Source: Phoronis australis
Lineage: Eukaryota; Animalia; Phoronida
Reading direction: 5' to 3'
NCBI GenBank assembly: GCA_002633005.1
Contig: NMRA01000119.1
Location: forward strand, 186,001-249,972
Length of the DNA: 63,972 nt
Made by a program: the position numbers and the translations under genes. A model generated the notes under the pieces. The model was not told the DNA's origin and ran no database searches. It saw only the letters and a list, made by a program, of their open reading frames with translations. This document shows, one piece after another, positions 25,501 through 36,100 of the stretch (position 1 is the stretch's first letter; every line of letters begins with the position of its first letter).

Positions 25501-26202
25501 TGAAGTAGCAATTTCCTGTCCAAGGGATCCATTGGTGTTCAGTGTCTCATCTATTTTCAGGAGGAGCCAGTTTCTCCCAGCCAGCGCAATTCAAAAAACC
25601 CCCACAGATCTGTTATCTTGATGGACTTCAATTTTTTTGCCGATGTCTCCGATGAGTGCTTTTCCAATGCGGAGAACACCAGACCTGCTGAAGGACTCGA
25701 GACTGAGGCTAGTGGGGACCGTAACGCGAAGGCCAAGACCCTTCCTAGCAGAATTATACAGCAACATTACGGCCCAGTGGCTGCACCCAGAAGAAGACTG
25801 GTCAGTGGGGACGAACCTAAGCCACAGCCTCGACCACGCCTACATAACATTACGGGGACTGAGCAGGTCACGGTGCACAGCATTTTGCCAGTTGAAGACA
25901 CCATATGGGTGGCGCTTTCCAACAGTAAAATTCTTATTGTGAATGTGAACGAGGGTTCTCCACACGAGTATGTGTACGGCCAGGTCCTTTCCACCCTCGC
26001 GTGTAAAAGCGAGCCAGGTTACAAGGGAGGTAACGTGAGCAATCTTGTCATGTGCGGGCGGAATTATGTGGTTAGCAGCCAGGCATTCCATGCACTAGAG
26101 GCACCCTCTGGTGGGCTCGACGAAAAGGGCCAGCTTGCCGTGTGGTTGCCCTACGGAACAGATGCATTGTATCAATTTCAGAACATGTGGAAACTTGAGT
26201 AG
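917..26202 (+). CDS. LRRK1-like ROCO Ser/Thr kinase, 3' portion (COR end, kinase, WD40-like tail); 10 exons in window, 5' exons off-window
   Basis: Exons 917-1503, 10637-10894, 11451-11675, 12829-12954, 13994-14191, 14617-14793, 20883-20984, 22276-22602, 23401-23706 and 25561-26202 all have AG/GT boundaries and join in frame (about 980 aa). Motifs: COR-end IPCPLC...HP...IPLKDIIPDLLLADLP, LGQGGEAVVF, VAIK, RQEVSLL, IYRDLKCSNILVW, KISDYGIS (DYG typical of LRRK), GTPGFQAPE, VDIFSYAM. Confidence 0.9.
6567..6998. repeat. 54-bp minisatellite, 8 copies
   Basis: Unit tactacctctttcactattgttacacgatcatgttgttctactgcagcacgcga, 1-2 substitutions per copy. Confidence 0.95.
7085..8137 (-). CDS. LRR-only protein (350 aa, about 14 LRRs of 23 aa), single coding exon, nested antisense in an LRRK intron
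   Basis: Uninterrupted ORF of LxxLxLxxNxLxxLPxxIxxL repeats with no signal peptide or TM segment. Candidate non-coding 5' exon: donor CAG|gtaatg at 9109 and acceptor ttctag| at 8237. Confidence 0.9.
   Translation of the reverse strand: MPFLRDQVTRSTMDGRVGLQLSDRNLTMIPKGVFNLYHLNMLNLNNNYLEELPPEMTLLARLEWIHLGRNNFNHFPPYLTLMANLKVINLSVNSIETLPLSISKLNNLRELHLSCNNLKTLPSKIGGLVSLYHLDLSWNQFTEFPRALLQLKSLASLNLSRNRLKMLPASIGKMSQLCKLDVHCNDLYELPEEICRLFQLRILTLRFNNLTALPRTLGALHNLRHLDISDNCLFSIPDSFQKLESLSFLSLSSNFLTDFPESVCLLNRLRELYLIRNWIRSIPSSVRHMERLRVMNLAQNNITTNEIHSIPRNVTQLDLSQNDIDSIPEAVSHLKKLRILKFYAQELVYS
8717..8841. repeat. Imperfect palindrome (foldback remnant) upstream of the LRR ORF
   Basis: aagaacttttagtttgtaatttcttcag...ctcataaaatttca / tgaaattttatgag...ctggagaaataacaagctaacagttctt. 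Confidence 0.65.
10637..10894 (+). CDS. LRRK-like exon: kinase alphaC to subdomain V
   Basis: ccccag|ATC ... CAG|gtagat; IIRSFNEVRQEVSLLSRLSHPCVVSLIG...FALEMAPLGNL. Confidence 0.92.
11451..11675 (+). CDS. LRRK-like exon: catalytic loop and activation segment
   Basis: tttcag|GTG ... CAG|gtatga; YLH..IIYRDLK..N, DYG, GTPGFQAPE. Confidence 0.95.
12829..12954 (+). CDS. LRRK-like exon: kinase subdomains IX-X
   Basis: ttccag|GTG ... AAT|gtaagt; VDIFSYAMTLFEIISGRKPF. Confidence 0.92.
13994..14191 (+). CDS. LRRK-like exon: kinase subdomain XI
   Basis: tattag|GAA ... CAG|gtgaga; MVQCWSQSSSDRPSA. Confidence 0.9.
14617..14793 (+). CDS. LRRK-like exon: start of WD40-like region (not in ORF track)
   Basis: ccacag|GAG ... 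CAG|gtatgt; 177 nt open: EPDNHLVMVWEGSGETRKYSIFD...PRIWVGNQ. Confidence 0.82.
16838..17060. repeat. Local direct duplication of about 120 bp downstream of the lectin gene
   Basis: taag(c/t)tgtgg(g/a)gatgcatattgatttaatgagtgcatcaccttggatgt...gaattaaaattcatc occurs twice. Confidence 0.85.
17340..18452 (-). CDS. Secreted C-type lectin (signal peptide, coiled coil, Thr/Ser/Pro-rich linker, CTLD with EPN), 2 exons, about 293 aa, nested antisense in an LRRK intron
   Basis: Exon 1 is 18452..17699 (MKAQLALFIALLASLANG...CYRV..W..A...C...GAHLVTIE..EEN...FWIGGND...EGVFRW...YTNWLIG|gtgagt). Exon 2 is 17467..17340 (tttcag|GEPNNMRNEDCILAVYAALGQLKWVDFACTTSQFFICEKNLA*). The phase-1 join is in frame and all four core CTLD cysteines are present. 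Confidence 0.92.
18610..19030. repeat. (CAT/CAC)n low-complexity tract with 24-bp sub-repeats, upstream of the lectin gene
   Basis: catcatcattgtcaccatccctca repeated; degenerate trinucleotide periodicity. Confidence 0.85.
19769..19900. repeat. Small foldback element
   Basis: ggcaatagccacacaaat / atttgtgcggcgattgcc and gtttcgtctattc / gaatagacaaaac arms. Confidence 0.65.
20883..20984 (+). CDS. LRRK-like exon, WD40-like region (not in ORF track)
   Basis: ttttctag|GCT ... AGG|gtgagt; 102 nt, AGEIEVFGFRFIGAPVCLWKKKLRGIPLAMVYRR continues the WVGNQ-AGEIEVF beta-propeller pattern. Confidence 0.8.
22276..22602 (+). CDS. LRRK-like exon, WD40-like region
   Basis: tttcag|TCC ... CAG|gtagag; VYVSLDDGKLVIL, ELWVGCGCCIAIVD. 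Confidence 0.85.
22618..22935. repeat. 27-bp minisatellite, about 11-12 copies, just after an LRRK exon donor
   Basis: Unit gggtggcagaagaacatagttgaatat. Confidence 0.92.
23401..23706 (+). CDS. LRRK-like exon, WD40-like region
   Basis: gctcag|GTG ... AAG|gtactg (phase 0, matching the next exon); IRQIVCSGTKVWC. Confidence 0.83.
24237..24711. mobile_element. MITE, possibly PIF/Harbinger-like; partial second copy at 16021..16167
   Basis: TIR ggtcctttcatact ... agtacgaaagggtc with taa/tta nearby; 24563-24710 aligns to 16021-16167. Confidence 0.6.
25561..26202 (+). CDS. LRRK-like terminal coding exon
   Basis: ttttcag|GAG, open to TAG at 26200-26202; TIWVALSNSKILIVN, QLAVW. Confidence 0.85.
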   Translation, partial: EEPVSPSQRNSKNPHRSVILMDFNFFADVSDECFSNAENTRPAEGLETEASGDRNAKAKTLPSRIIQQHYGPVAAPRRRLVSGDEPKPQPRPRLHNITGTEQVTVHSILPVEDTIWVALSNSKILIVNVNEGSPHEYVYGQVLSTLACKSEPGYKGGNVSNLVMCGRNYVVSSQAFHALEAPSGGLDEKGQLAVWLPYGTDALYQFQNMWKLE

Positions 26203-26483
26203 CTACTTAGGAGAATTTAAGGGGGAGGAGTTCGTAAGAGCAAGAGGACAGGGTCTCCCTGTGGACACAATCATGAAAACCATGATAGCGTACCTTTTAG
26301 GGCTTCCATAAACGTCTAGTCTTTTTATTTAGGAATTGTGGTTGTGACCCCTGCTATGTCCTAAATCCGTCATTGAACTGTGACATTGATTTAAAGTGGG
26401 ATGTATTTATGCAAGCTGCGCAGTGCTTGTGAAGTATCTACTTTATTTTAACTAAAAGACCTGTTCAGAAGAAGCACAGTCAA

Positions 26484-26918
26484 CATTTAATAAATAGCCA
26501 CGTAGTACACAACTTCATTTTCCTGACACATAACGTGGAATTGTCGTGAAGACTTGACTTGGACCTCAGGGGTCTCACGCTCAATCACTGGCTTATCTAC
26601 ACTAATTTTTAAAAGGCTTTGTCCAGTCACGCATTGTGGGTCATAAATCGAGATAATGCAAGTCATGTTTCTTCAAGCAGCTCTTATCACCAAAACTTCG
26701 GCTTCATGGGCAATAAAATGTGATCGGCCGAATAGATTTGTGATCCCAGACCGTCCGGATTTGAACCATTGACAACTCCAGACGGTCTCTCACGAGGATT
26801 TAAACGTTTTGTGTTTCGAGGTACACTTCTCGTTCTTTGTACCTTTGAGAACAAGAAAGTATACCTCGAAACATGTCAGGAAAAGAATTTGTGTTCTATT
26901 TGGCTAATTATTGAATGT
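26484..26918. mobile_element. MITE-like element with about 45 bp TIRs and an internal palindrome (26812-26873), downstream of the LRRK stop codon
   Basis: aataaatagccacgtagtacacaacttcattttcctgaca versus tgtcaggaaaagaatttgtgttctatttggctaattatt; tgtttcgaggta...tacctcgaaaca. Confidence 0.6.
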
Positions 26919-27248
26919 TTATTTTAACTGTCGACTTTTGTCTCGTTTTTGTGGTAAAATGTTTTCCGTTTCGAGGAAAATAATTGGCATTTTAGAATTT
27001 AGCTCACTCACTGTATAGTGGAAAATGCTCATAATTTCACACGATGTTGATGACTTAATATGTAAATACAGATCAAGTGAAATTCCCTTTCTATCTCTAT
27101 TTAGTGGAAATTTTACTGATTGGCTGTCATGTGTACTTTAAGGACCCACAAAGCACTAAGTAGGTCAAGTCGAAATGACAAACTTCGAAAACGGTAATGA
27201 ATCAAGTTAATGGTGGTGAATATTCATGTCGATCCAATTTATGAGCTC

Positions 27249-27408
27249 CATTCAGTCCATGATTTTACAAAGTGTAGCAGTATGAATGCGTGGACCACTA
27301 CATTCAGTCCATGATTTTACAAAGTGTAACAGTATGAATGCGTGGACCACTACATTCAGTCCATGATTTTACAAAGTGTAAAAGTATGAATGCGTGGACC
27401 ACTACATT
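27249..27408. repeat. 52-bp tandem repeat, 3 copies
   Basis: Unit cattcagtccatgattttacaaagtgta(g/a)(c/a)agtatgaatgcgtggaccacta. Confidence 0.92.
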
Positions 27409-28598
27409 GCCAGTCTTGATGAAGGAGATATAAATGGACAAAACATACCGAGAGTGGCATAGATGAAGTAATATCTCACAAGACATTATTCTGCGTATCG
27501 ACTGAGACCGAATTAATTGAAGCTATTATTCAGTTATATCTTACACAGATGACAAAACTGTGCTTTCTTCAATATTAAGGAGTTTTGTGTAAAAGTCCAC
27601 AATTTTTCAATTTTTTTAGGATAGCAATCAGTATATTTCAGAGGCAGCTCTCGTTAACACAAACTTGACTAAAAACAACTCTATTTTCTGTTGGATAGCT
27701 TCACACCCATTTTTTGATCATACATATATGAGGTAAATTGCCAATAGGCGTGACAAATAGATAACTTAAAATAGCAGTTACATTTTGAAAGCACATGTCT
27801 CGTCAGGCATGTATTGGTAAATTGAACATGCTAGAAACGATATCCACAGTGACAGCAGGTAGATAAACATACAAAGACTGGGTGTGAAGACAACACACGA
27901 TAAGCTCGATGATGAGAAATGTGCTCTCGAAATGTGGCTGCTATTTTAATTAGTCTGTCATGTATATTGACAATTTGCTTCATAACTATATACCTGACAA
28001 ATTGTGCAGAGAATATGAGCAAGTGTCAGGGCTTGGAATTTTCCCCTTTTCAGAGGATTTCCTCTTTTTGGTTTCGATTTCCTCTTATTTGATTTCCAGT
28101 TTCCTCCTTCTTTGTCTCCTTATTATCATTATTTTGTCTTTATTCATACGAAAACGTTTATGTCAGTTCAATTTTACAAAACAAAAGATATTACTATCAC
28201 AATAGGAATGATACATCACCGGAAATTTTTCCTCTTTTTGTCATTGGTCATTTCAACCCCTGAAGTGTCCATGAAACTATCCAACAGAAAATAGTCCTGT
28301 TTTTAGTGCTAGCTACAATGTAACTGTTTAAAACAGTTTACAGTTAAGCTGCTCATGAAAATCGAGAAAACAATTTCAATGTCCTTAGCCATGAAATCAG
28401 ATATGCATTAGCAACTCTTTGTCTGTACCAATGGTTCACATTTCTTGGTGTAACCTGGCCTTTTCTTTATAATGGTTTCATACGTCACAATGTAATCAGA
28501 ATTAATGGCTGATTTATGTCATGTTACCTCCACTACATGGGTGACGCATTTGTAGATATATAGTTCCTCACCAGGTTCACCGACTCACTTACTCGTGG

Positions 28599-28759
28599 CC
28601 AGACTCACAAACATGGCTCTCTGACTGCCAAATACTGCCGGTCTTAATTAAAGACAGCTTATTGCCCAAAAACAGTTCACGAACGTCGAGTCTGTGCACT
28701 GTATCTTCGAGTCCGTGTGCCGTGTTGGGCTGTCAGTGAGCCATGTTTTTTTAGTCGGG
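28599..28759. repeat. Degenerate inverted repeat (MITE-like)
   Basis: aaacatggctctctgactgcc versus ggctgtcagtgagccatgttt. Confidence 0.55.
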
Positions 28760-30358
28760 AGCTGTGTTATTTGGGTGCAGAAACTGTATGTTCTTAGCCC
28801 AATTTTAAATCCATCAGCCCTGTTAAAAGTGAGAAAGTATGCGTACGAGTTGTTTGGGTATAGTAGGATTTAGTAGAGCTTGTTTGAATTTTTACAGTTA
28901 ATTGGACATTTTCGTTACATATAATTTCCAGAAAGAAGCCAGTCACTTTTGTGGCTAATTAATTTGTTTGTTAAACATTGATCACTTTGTAAACAATCTC
29001 ATGGCTTTTTGTGACACATTTGATACCAGTTTTATTTTAGTTGAGTTGTGATGGCGTCTAGTTGGGATTTCTGTGATTTTTTGTGTAATTCACTTTGAAT
29101 CGAAGCTTGATTAGAGCTGCTTGGTATGTGTCTTACGATCTACGTAATCTGCTGTTCAGATGTTAAGTGGAAAATTCTCCAGTTTGGGCAGTCTGTGAAC
29201 TTGAAACACAGAAATTCAACCCAAAATTTTCTCGATTCTTAAGATTGGAACATGGGCGAGTTTTGCTTTCCTCATATGCCTTCAACATTAATTTGACGTT
29301 CTCTGAACCGAGCCCGGCAAATATGTTTTTACTATTCTATAGTATTCTGTTTAACTTCCTGAGGTGGTAATGTTATAGCATAATTTCTAAAAATTTATTT
29401 GTCGATTAACACCATCCTCCATCCTACATATGCTTTGCATGTCATTAAGGTCAGTGATTAACCTATCGCAAGCTCCGCCCCCTTGCGAAATGTCGACAAA
29501 CAAACAATAAGTTTAACCCGGCAAAGTGTTGTTTGTCGGGTAAAATGGCAGCTTGGAAACGAAGGTGTGTCAAGAATGCTGCGGTCTGATTGGTCACTTA
29601 AGCCGTCACTCAAAGTCCTGGCGATAGGTCAATTTCTCTGAGACAGGCATCTCGTACACTCATGGCGGTCAATGTTTTGGAATTAGTTGGTAATTACGCA
29701 ATTTTAATGGAGTCACGACTGTGGTCTGGTGGTAAGAGTAACAACTGACGATCGCAAGGACTACACTTCAAATGCCATGCATGCCAGCCCTCTCACCACT
29801 TGACGACTGAGCCATAGCTCAGTTCAAACTCCACACACATGCGCCGACAAAAAAGTACTCATTAGCAACCACCATGAGGGTACCAGATATCCGCGTTCGT
29901 TCTGCTATGATCACTTAACACCTAAAGATTGCTGAAGAAGTGACTACCGATGTAAACAAACTAGATGTTGTGTATATACTATCATAATATCTCACCCATT
30001 TTGGACTCAATATGGCCTACAAGGGAAATTCATGCTGTAAACACCCCCTTAAGAGATAAGGATGGATTCTCCAATGTCACGTCAGCTGGATCTGTTCCAT
30101 CCACACTCTGTTCACAATACTGGAACTCTATTCACTAGGTCACCCTGTTTTTGGTAATTACTGTTTCTTATCAGATCATATCCAAATAGAAAGCTTGAAA
30201 GCATCCAGGCTCTATTTTTTGTTTTTGGGACATGAAAAGTACAAAATTGGAAGACAATTAAAAAGTAGGTTGTGTGTGGGTTCTTTAATTTTAAAAACTG
30301 GTCGAGTAGTAGTGATTTTTTCGGCAAAAAAACAAGCCATGAGCTATTCATTGGGAAG

Positions 30359-30517
30359 TACCGTACTCGTTTGGGTTACTGTCCATGCTCGGCTTACGAC
30401 CCAACCCCGAAATTTTCAATTTTTCATTTTAAGCGCCCATGCTCGGCTTACCATCCACCCTATTTTTTTAGATTCCCAATTTAAGCGCCCTGGGCGGTAA
30501 CACGGACAAGTACGGTA
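30359..30517. mobile_element. Short non-autonomous DNA transposon (Tc1/mariner-pogo-like termini, TA flanks)
   Basis: ta-ccgtactcgt ... acaagtacgg-ta terminal inverted repeats with internal taagcgccc repeats; related fragments at about 49980-50430 and 55145-55225. Confidence 0.7.
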
Positions 30518-32936
30518 GTGTCCAGCATGCCATATCTGCATCACTAACTCCTAACGGAAGCTGTGCCTGAAAGAATGTGGATAAAACTGGTCCTGGTCTA
30601 GCTGCATCCTTTAATGGGAGTGTTGGGACACGTTTCATTTTCTTACTTTTTCATGGAAGACATGTTACACCAAATCAACGTTTTCCATGTTCAACTTCTG
30701 GACCATTGCTTCCACCAGATATTTACAGCAATCTTAGAAATCCTTGACAAATAAAAAAACTGCAGTTTTTGCAATTACTTATGTCCTAAGTTGGCGTGAT
30801 GTTAACGAAGACCACAAGATTTTAGAAATTATGTTCTGTATACTATGAAATTATTGTGAAATTTGATGTCGTGCGCAATTGTTTAATGCTATAATAACAA
30901 TTTAGTGCAATATATTTTCAAATTTGAAATAGATGATTCATAAATTAGTCACTGTCTAAAAATAAAGGTTCCTTTGCATCTTTTTAGCAAACTGCAAAAT
31001 GGCGGCCTCTTAATAAGTAACATCTTGACCACTTTACTATGTTACAAGACACTGAAAATGGAAAATTGCAATTTTGTCGATTATTTCTGCATGAAATTGA
31101 AAAGAATTCACCGTCCTTAAAATATTTCCGCTAGAAAGTGCAGACAGCGTGGGAATTCTTACAATATTTTAGGACAGCCCTACAAAACCTTTTGCAAAAC
31201 GAGAAGCAACGTGTATTTTTGTCCCTCTACGCATGGCGTCATGGTGCCAAACTGTTGCTACACAGACAGAATTCACCTAAGATTTGCAAATCCTCAAGCT
31301 AGTTTTCCACATGCACGCCTGTAGACCTTATACAACGTTATGCATTCCAACAAGGTGATGGTTGTATCCTAATTTTCTGCCAAGTTTGAAAACCCACAGT
31401 GGCCACTTAGTGAGCAACAACTATTTTGGTGACATCAGTTACAGGGCAACAATACCACCAAAATGTTTATAATAAGTGTATCTGGCTTTACTCTCATTTA
31501 GGGCAAGCAATCTTCCTATGTCATGCTCAGATACAATATAAAAAATCTAACTGTGAGCATTTTGCAATTTTTCACCAATTTTCAGGAAAATTACTTTAAA
31601 ATGTGCAAGTTTAAAAGCAGGAACTCTGCGCCTTCAAAATATTCACCTTTGGGTCATGTCGGAAATGTAAAAATTAATTTACCAGGTATGGGTTCTCAAA
31701 ACAACGAATCTACTGAATCTCGTTACAGAACACGCCAAAGTTCAGTTTCCTAGTCATAACAGATGATGGGTTGTCATGACAGTTATAACACATGTGACAG
31801 TATTCAGCCAATGAGAAATGCATCTCCAGAAATAAAAAGAACTCTGCAGATGAATTCTGCTGACATGCGGCCATCTTGACCTAGGGAATTATGCTTGCAC
31901 TGTCATGACAACGAGTTTCAGGTCTTTAAGCGATTATTTTTAGCATGCACTGCAGCTGTAACACAGAAATCAAACTGCAGGCAGAATGTCGTCTTGTGTC
32001 ACAAGCATACAAAACTGCGGGCAAAAGTAAACTTCTTGCAGCGTTTAAAGCAAAGACAAAAGCCAAGTTCATTTTTATTGAGAAATACAAGCAGCGTAGC
32101 ATGTGGTAAACTGAACAATAATACATGTGCATTCGTTCACAGTACGGGAGCACAAGACATTCATAATGTTAACTGACATGAGTGCACAAGAGCATAAAAC
32201 TCAGAAGGGCAAATGGAAGCAACAAGACGATGCCAAAGAGACGCAACAAAATTGTTCCACTCTCTCCAAGTCAGCTTCAGAAAATGTATACATTTTTACT
32301 CAAATATTATTCCAGCATCAACAGTTTAGAAAGTGGTTTTCTAACAAATTCTCTCAATGAAGCTATCTTGTGATCGACTATTGTGTGCCTGGTTGTAGCC
32401 AACAAAATCTGGGTAAATTCTAAAGCCAATGGGACGTTGCAACGACAATGCCGACAATTCAGCTCTCTACAAATGACAAGCTACTTGGGACAGTTCTATG
32501 AAAAATGTAGTGAAAAGTTACAGCTTCACACAAAACAAAATACTTGTTAGAAACTTAACATGTAACGTACTGTAACCTACAGTTAAAAATTTAACTTCAG
32601 ACCACAGAATGACTTACTACGCAAAAATATCCCCATATCCTTATCTTGCTCCTAAGTGTGGCGAGTCTGACTATATTCGTTCAAATTGTAGAAATGACAG
32701 AGAACAAACTTTGCAAAAAAAACACAGGCAGCAAACCAAGAGTGTTAAGCACTGCAAGGCCATATTTTAGAAAGCATGATTAAACGAGTAAACGAACATA
32801 ACACTCAAGAAGGGCAAGTTAGCATTTCTCCCACTTCCTGCGTTCATCAACAAATCAAAAGTAAATATGTGTTGGCAATGACTAATTGGTTATTTAAGTG
32901 CAGAAGTATATTTTTTTTTAAAAATCTTGCGATTTT

Positions 32937-33163
32937 ATGCCGAAAATTGTGAGTCGTAACTAAACTTACTTGAGATAAAGGCAACACTTTGCCAGCCTCT
33001 TCTGGCTTTTTCAAGCCTGTGCGACCTCAGGAGGATTTGGTCGGAACTCAACTCCGACTGAATCCACCAGCGATCGCACAGGCTTGAAAAAGCCAGCAGA
33101 TGCTGGCAAAACGTTGCCCTTTCATCTCAAGTAAGTTCAGTAACGACTCATAATTTTCTGCAT
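32937..33163. mobile_element. Foldback/MITE-like palindrome, arms of about 110 bp with a 7-nt loop
   Basis: gagtcgtaactaaacttacttgagat...ctggctttttcaagcctgtgcga...tcgga | actcaac | tccga...tcgcacaggcttgaaaaagccag...atctcaagtaagttcagtaacgactc. Confidence 0.8.
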
Positions 33164-36100
33164 ATTATACTCGTACTGAATGAGTCATAACATACATCGA
33201 CTTACTTCTGATTTTCAGTTTAGTGTGTCCAAAAGCACAAGTTATCAGGGGAAGTGAGAGGTTGCTATGGTAACCAAACGAAAACATGCAGCCTCAAGGG
33301 ACTTTATGAAGTGACCTGAGGTTTGCAAAATTTTGTCTATTACCATCCATGCAGTGATTACAAAAATTTATAAAAATTGTCCAATTAACATTCCAATATA
33401 CCAGTATGCTCTAAGACTATGCGCTTTGTATAAATAAGTTCAAATTAATTTTTGAGCGTAAAACAAAATTTTGTATATGCAGTAGAAGACGGGTAGGAGA
33501 AATGATTTCAACTGCCTGTCGGTTAACATGGCAGAACACTTATGTACATGACTAGGGACACACTAGGATGATATGCGTACACACAGTAATAACAAATTAG
33601 ACTCTCGGATATAGACTAAACACCTTAACTAATTTGAAGGGAACAAACACATAATGATAAAATTTGATAACTTACACGCAAACCAGAGTTATACAACAAT
33701 GAATAACTGCGACACAAACAAAGCCACAAAAACTGCTACATTCAAAATGAAAAATGTTTTAAGTGAAAGCGATTCCATTTAATCGAACATCACATTTCTA
33801 TTGTAAAGTTACAGCGTTAAGGCTAGCACAAACTGCATTAACAATTTAACATGTTGGATCACAAAATCAGCCAATAGACACATCTCGAAATAACGCTCTT
33901 CAAGGCCGTAAGATAAGAAGAAAATAGACACCAGACATGATAGTGCACCATTCAACGGTTGGTACATTATAATTTAGCAAGTGAGGAACGCAAAGAATGA
34001 AAAATTACACGTACATGATTACTGCATTACGTCTGCACAGCAAAAAATGAAAATAACAAATGGAATGAAATTTATTAAAAAAAACAACAGAGATAAGCAA
34101 TACATCAATGACTAAAACGCAATGGCACAAAAACCAGACTGAAGACCTGCTCTCTGGATTCAAGGCACTGTGAACAACAGTTTTCAATGAGCTAGGTAGT
34201 ATTTTGAGATGTGTCTATTGAACCATCCAAGTTTGACTCAATACTTCAGACAGGATTTTGGTCTTCACAATTACTGAATAAAGGTTTGTCATGTAATTAA
34301 AAGCACATAACAACCTAGAAGAAAATTAATGCAAATTATGACAGTAATTAGAAGTTATGCGCATATTCTCAGAGACTTTGTATTTTTTTTTCTAAAGTGA
34401 GATTTATCTATTCTTCATAAACAGGAGCGTGAGACCAAATTTCTGACTTATAAGTCTTGAATCACTTTTCGTGAGAGGCCCCAAGACATGAGAAGGACTC
34501 CGAACACACAAACAACAGAACGGGAATGTACATTCTGGTTTTTTTAATCTGTTCAAACCCAAAGGAAACGAAAATCAACAAAAAGTCATGATGACTTGAG
34601 ACAAATCTTAAAAGCGTGCCATTAACTTAAAATTTCCATAACCCTCAAACATCAAATGAGAATTGATGATTTATGATCAAAAATTTATTCTGAAATTGTC
34701 CATGCTATGACTTTAAAACCATAAAAAGTTTCTATGGAAATATGCACAATATAAAATAGAACATACAAACATACCTACTATCAATTAAAGCTGCAGTTCA
34801 CCTCTTTAGCTATCTAAAAATGAAAATTTAATTAGTCCATCTCCTCTCTTGAAATCGATATCTTATTTCTTACCAAGATAGGATTCTACTTCTCCAATCA
34901 GCAAAATGTTCAAATCATCAGTGATTCAAGAAAACATCACAGCGTTAATTAGGGTTGGCAAATCCAAAAAATTGCAGTTTTGAAAACGGCGCACGCACGT
35001 ATTTCCCGTGAGTTGAGCGGCCAGCTCATTCCACAATAATTCAACGTTGGATGAGCGAGTGTTTGTTGTAAACCTCAAAGCACTTTGATTAAAAACTAAA
35101 CGTTGACAGCTAAACAGCGGTGAAATGCCCCTTTAACAATAACTAAACCACAGTTATCCTAGTTCAAATACCATAACATTTTCAACATTAGATAAAATAC
35201 AGTTTACTAAATATTCCAAACTTATTGTACAATAGCACATACATACAGACCCCAGACATAATGATTATCAAATATAACAATATTAAATTGATATGGATAA
35301 ACCGATAGTGAACCATTTGTCTTATGCGTCATATCAAATGGCAGCACCATCCCAAATTAAGCTCTCCTCCATGGAGGTAGGAAAACACGGTGAAACTTTC
35401 CAAGTAGCAGTGAAACCGGGATACCGACTGTCGAAACAATCTTGATATAAAACTGAGGACTAGTAAAATATCACTGGTAATACTAAATAAACCTGGAATA
35501 GCATCAGGCAAAAGTGTAACATTGTAGATACATGTAGTGAAATTCCCATGGTGTTATGGTATTTTGGGACGATGCTGCTGACTGATTTTTTCTAACGCGT
35601 TTTCTGGCAGTAGTGACTGGGACGTAAGTTTGACAGACTTGTGATTGGATAGAAATTACAAAAATGCTATTCACTGATTATACAGAAAATTTGTATACGA
35701 TAGTATCAATGCTTACCCCAGCTACAATTGCAGGTCCTTAACAAACAAAAACATTAAAATGGGCAAACTTAGTGTTTAACATTAGAATGGCCAACTCTTC
35801 CCTTCACAATAACTATTCCGTAAAACCAATGATAAGACACGCCCATCATACTACAGACAAAGAATGTAGAGTGAACATAATTTGAGCAGAGTACAAATAT
35901 ATACACAAAGCACCGACTCACCTCCGAGACTACGTCCTAGGAATGCGAAACAGCTGTGCTATTACCCAGTTACACGATTCACATCACCTAACCATTGCAT
36001 GGTTACACCGAATAAATAATGGTTTCTCCTTATTATCAAAGTACCGCAATTACACAAGATGAATAGTCCAACAAGCGTGGAAAGCTATTGACTGGAATAA

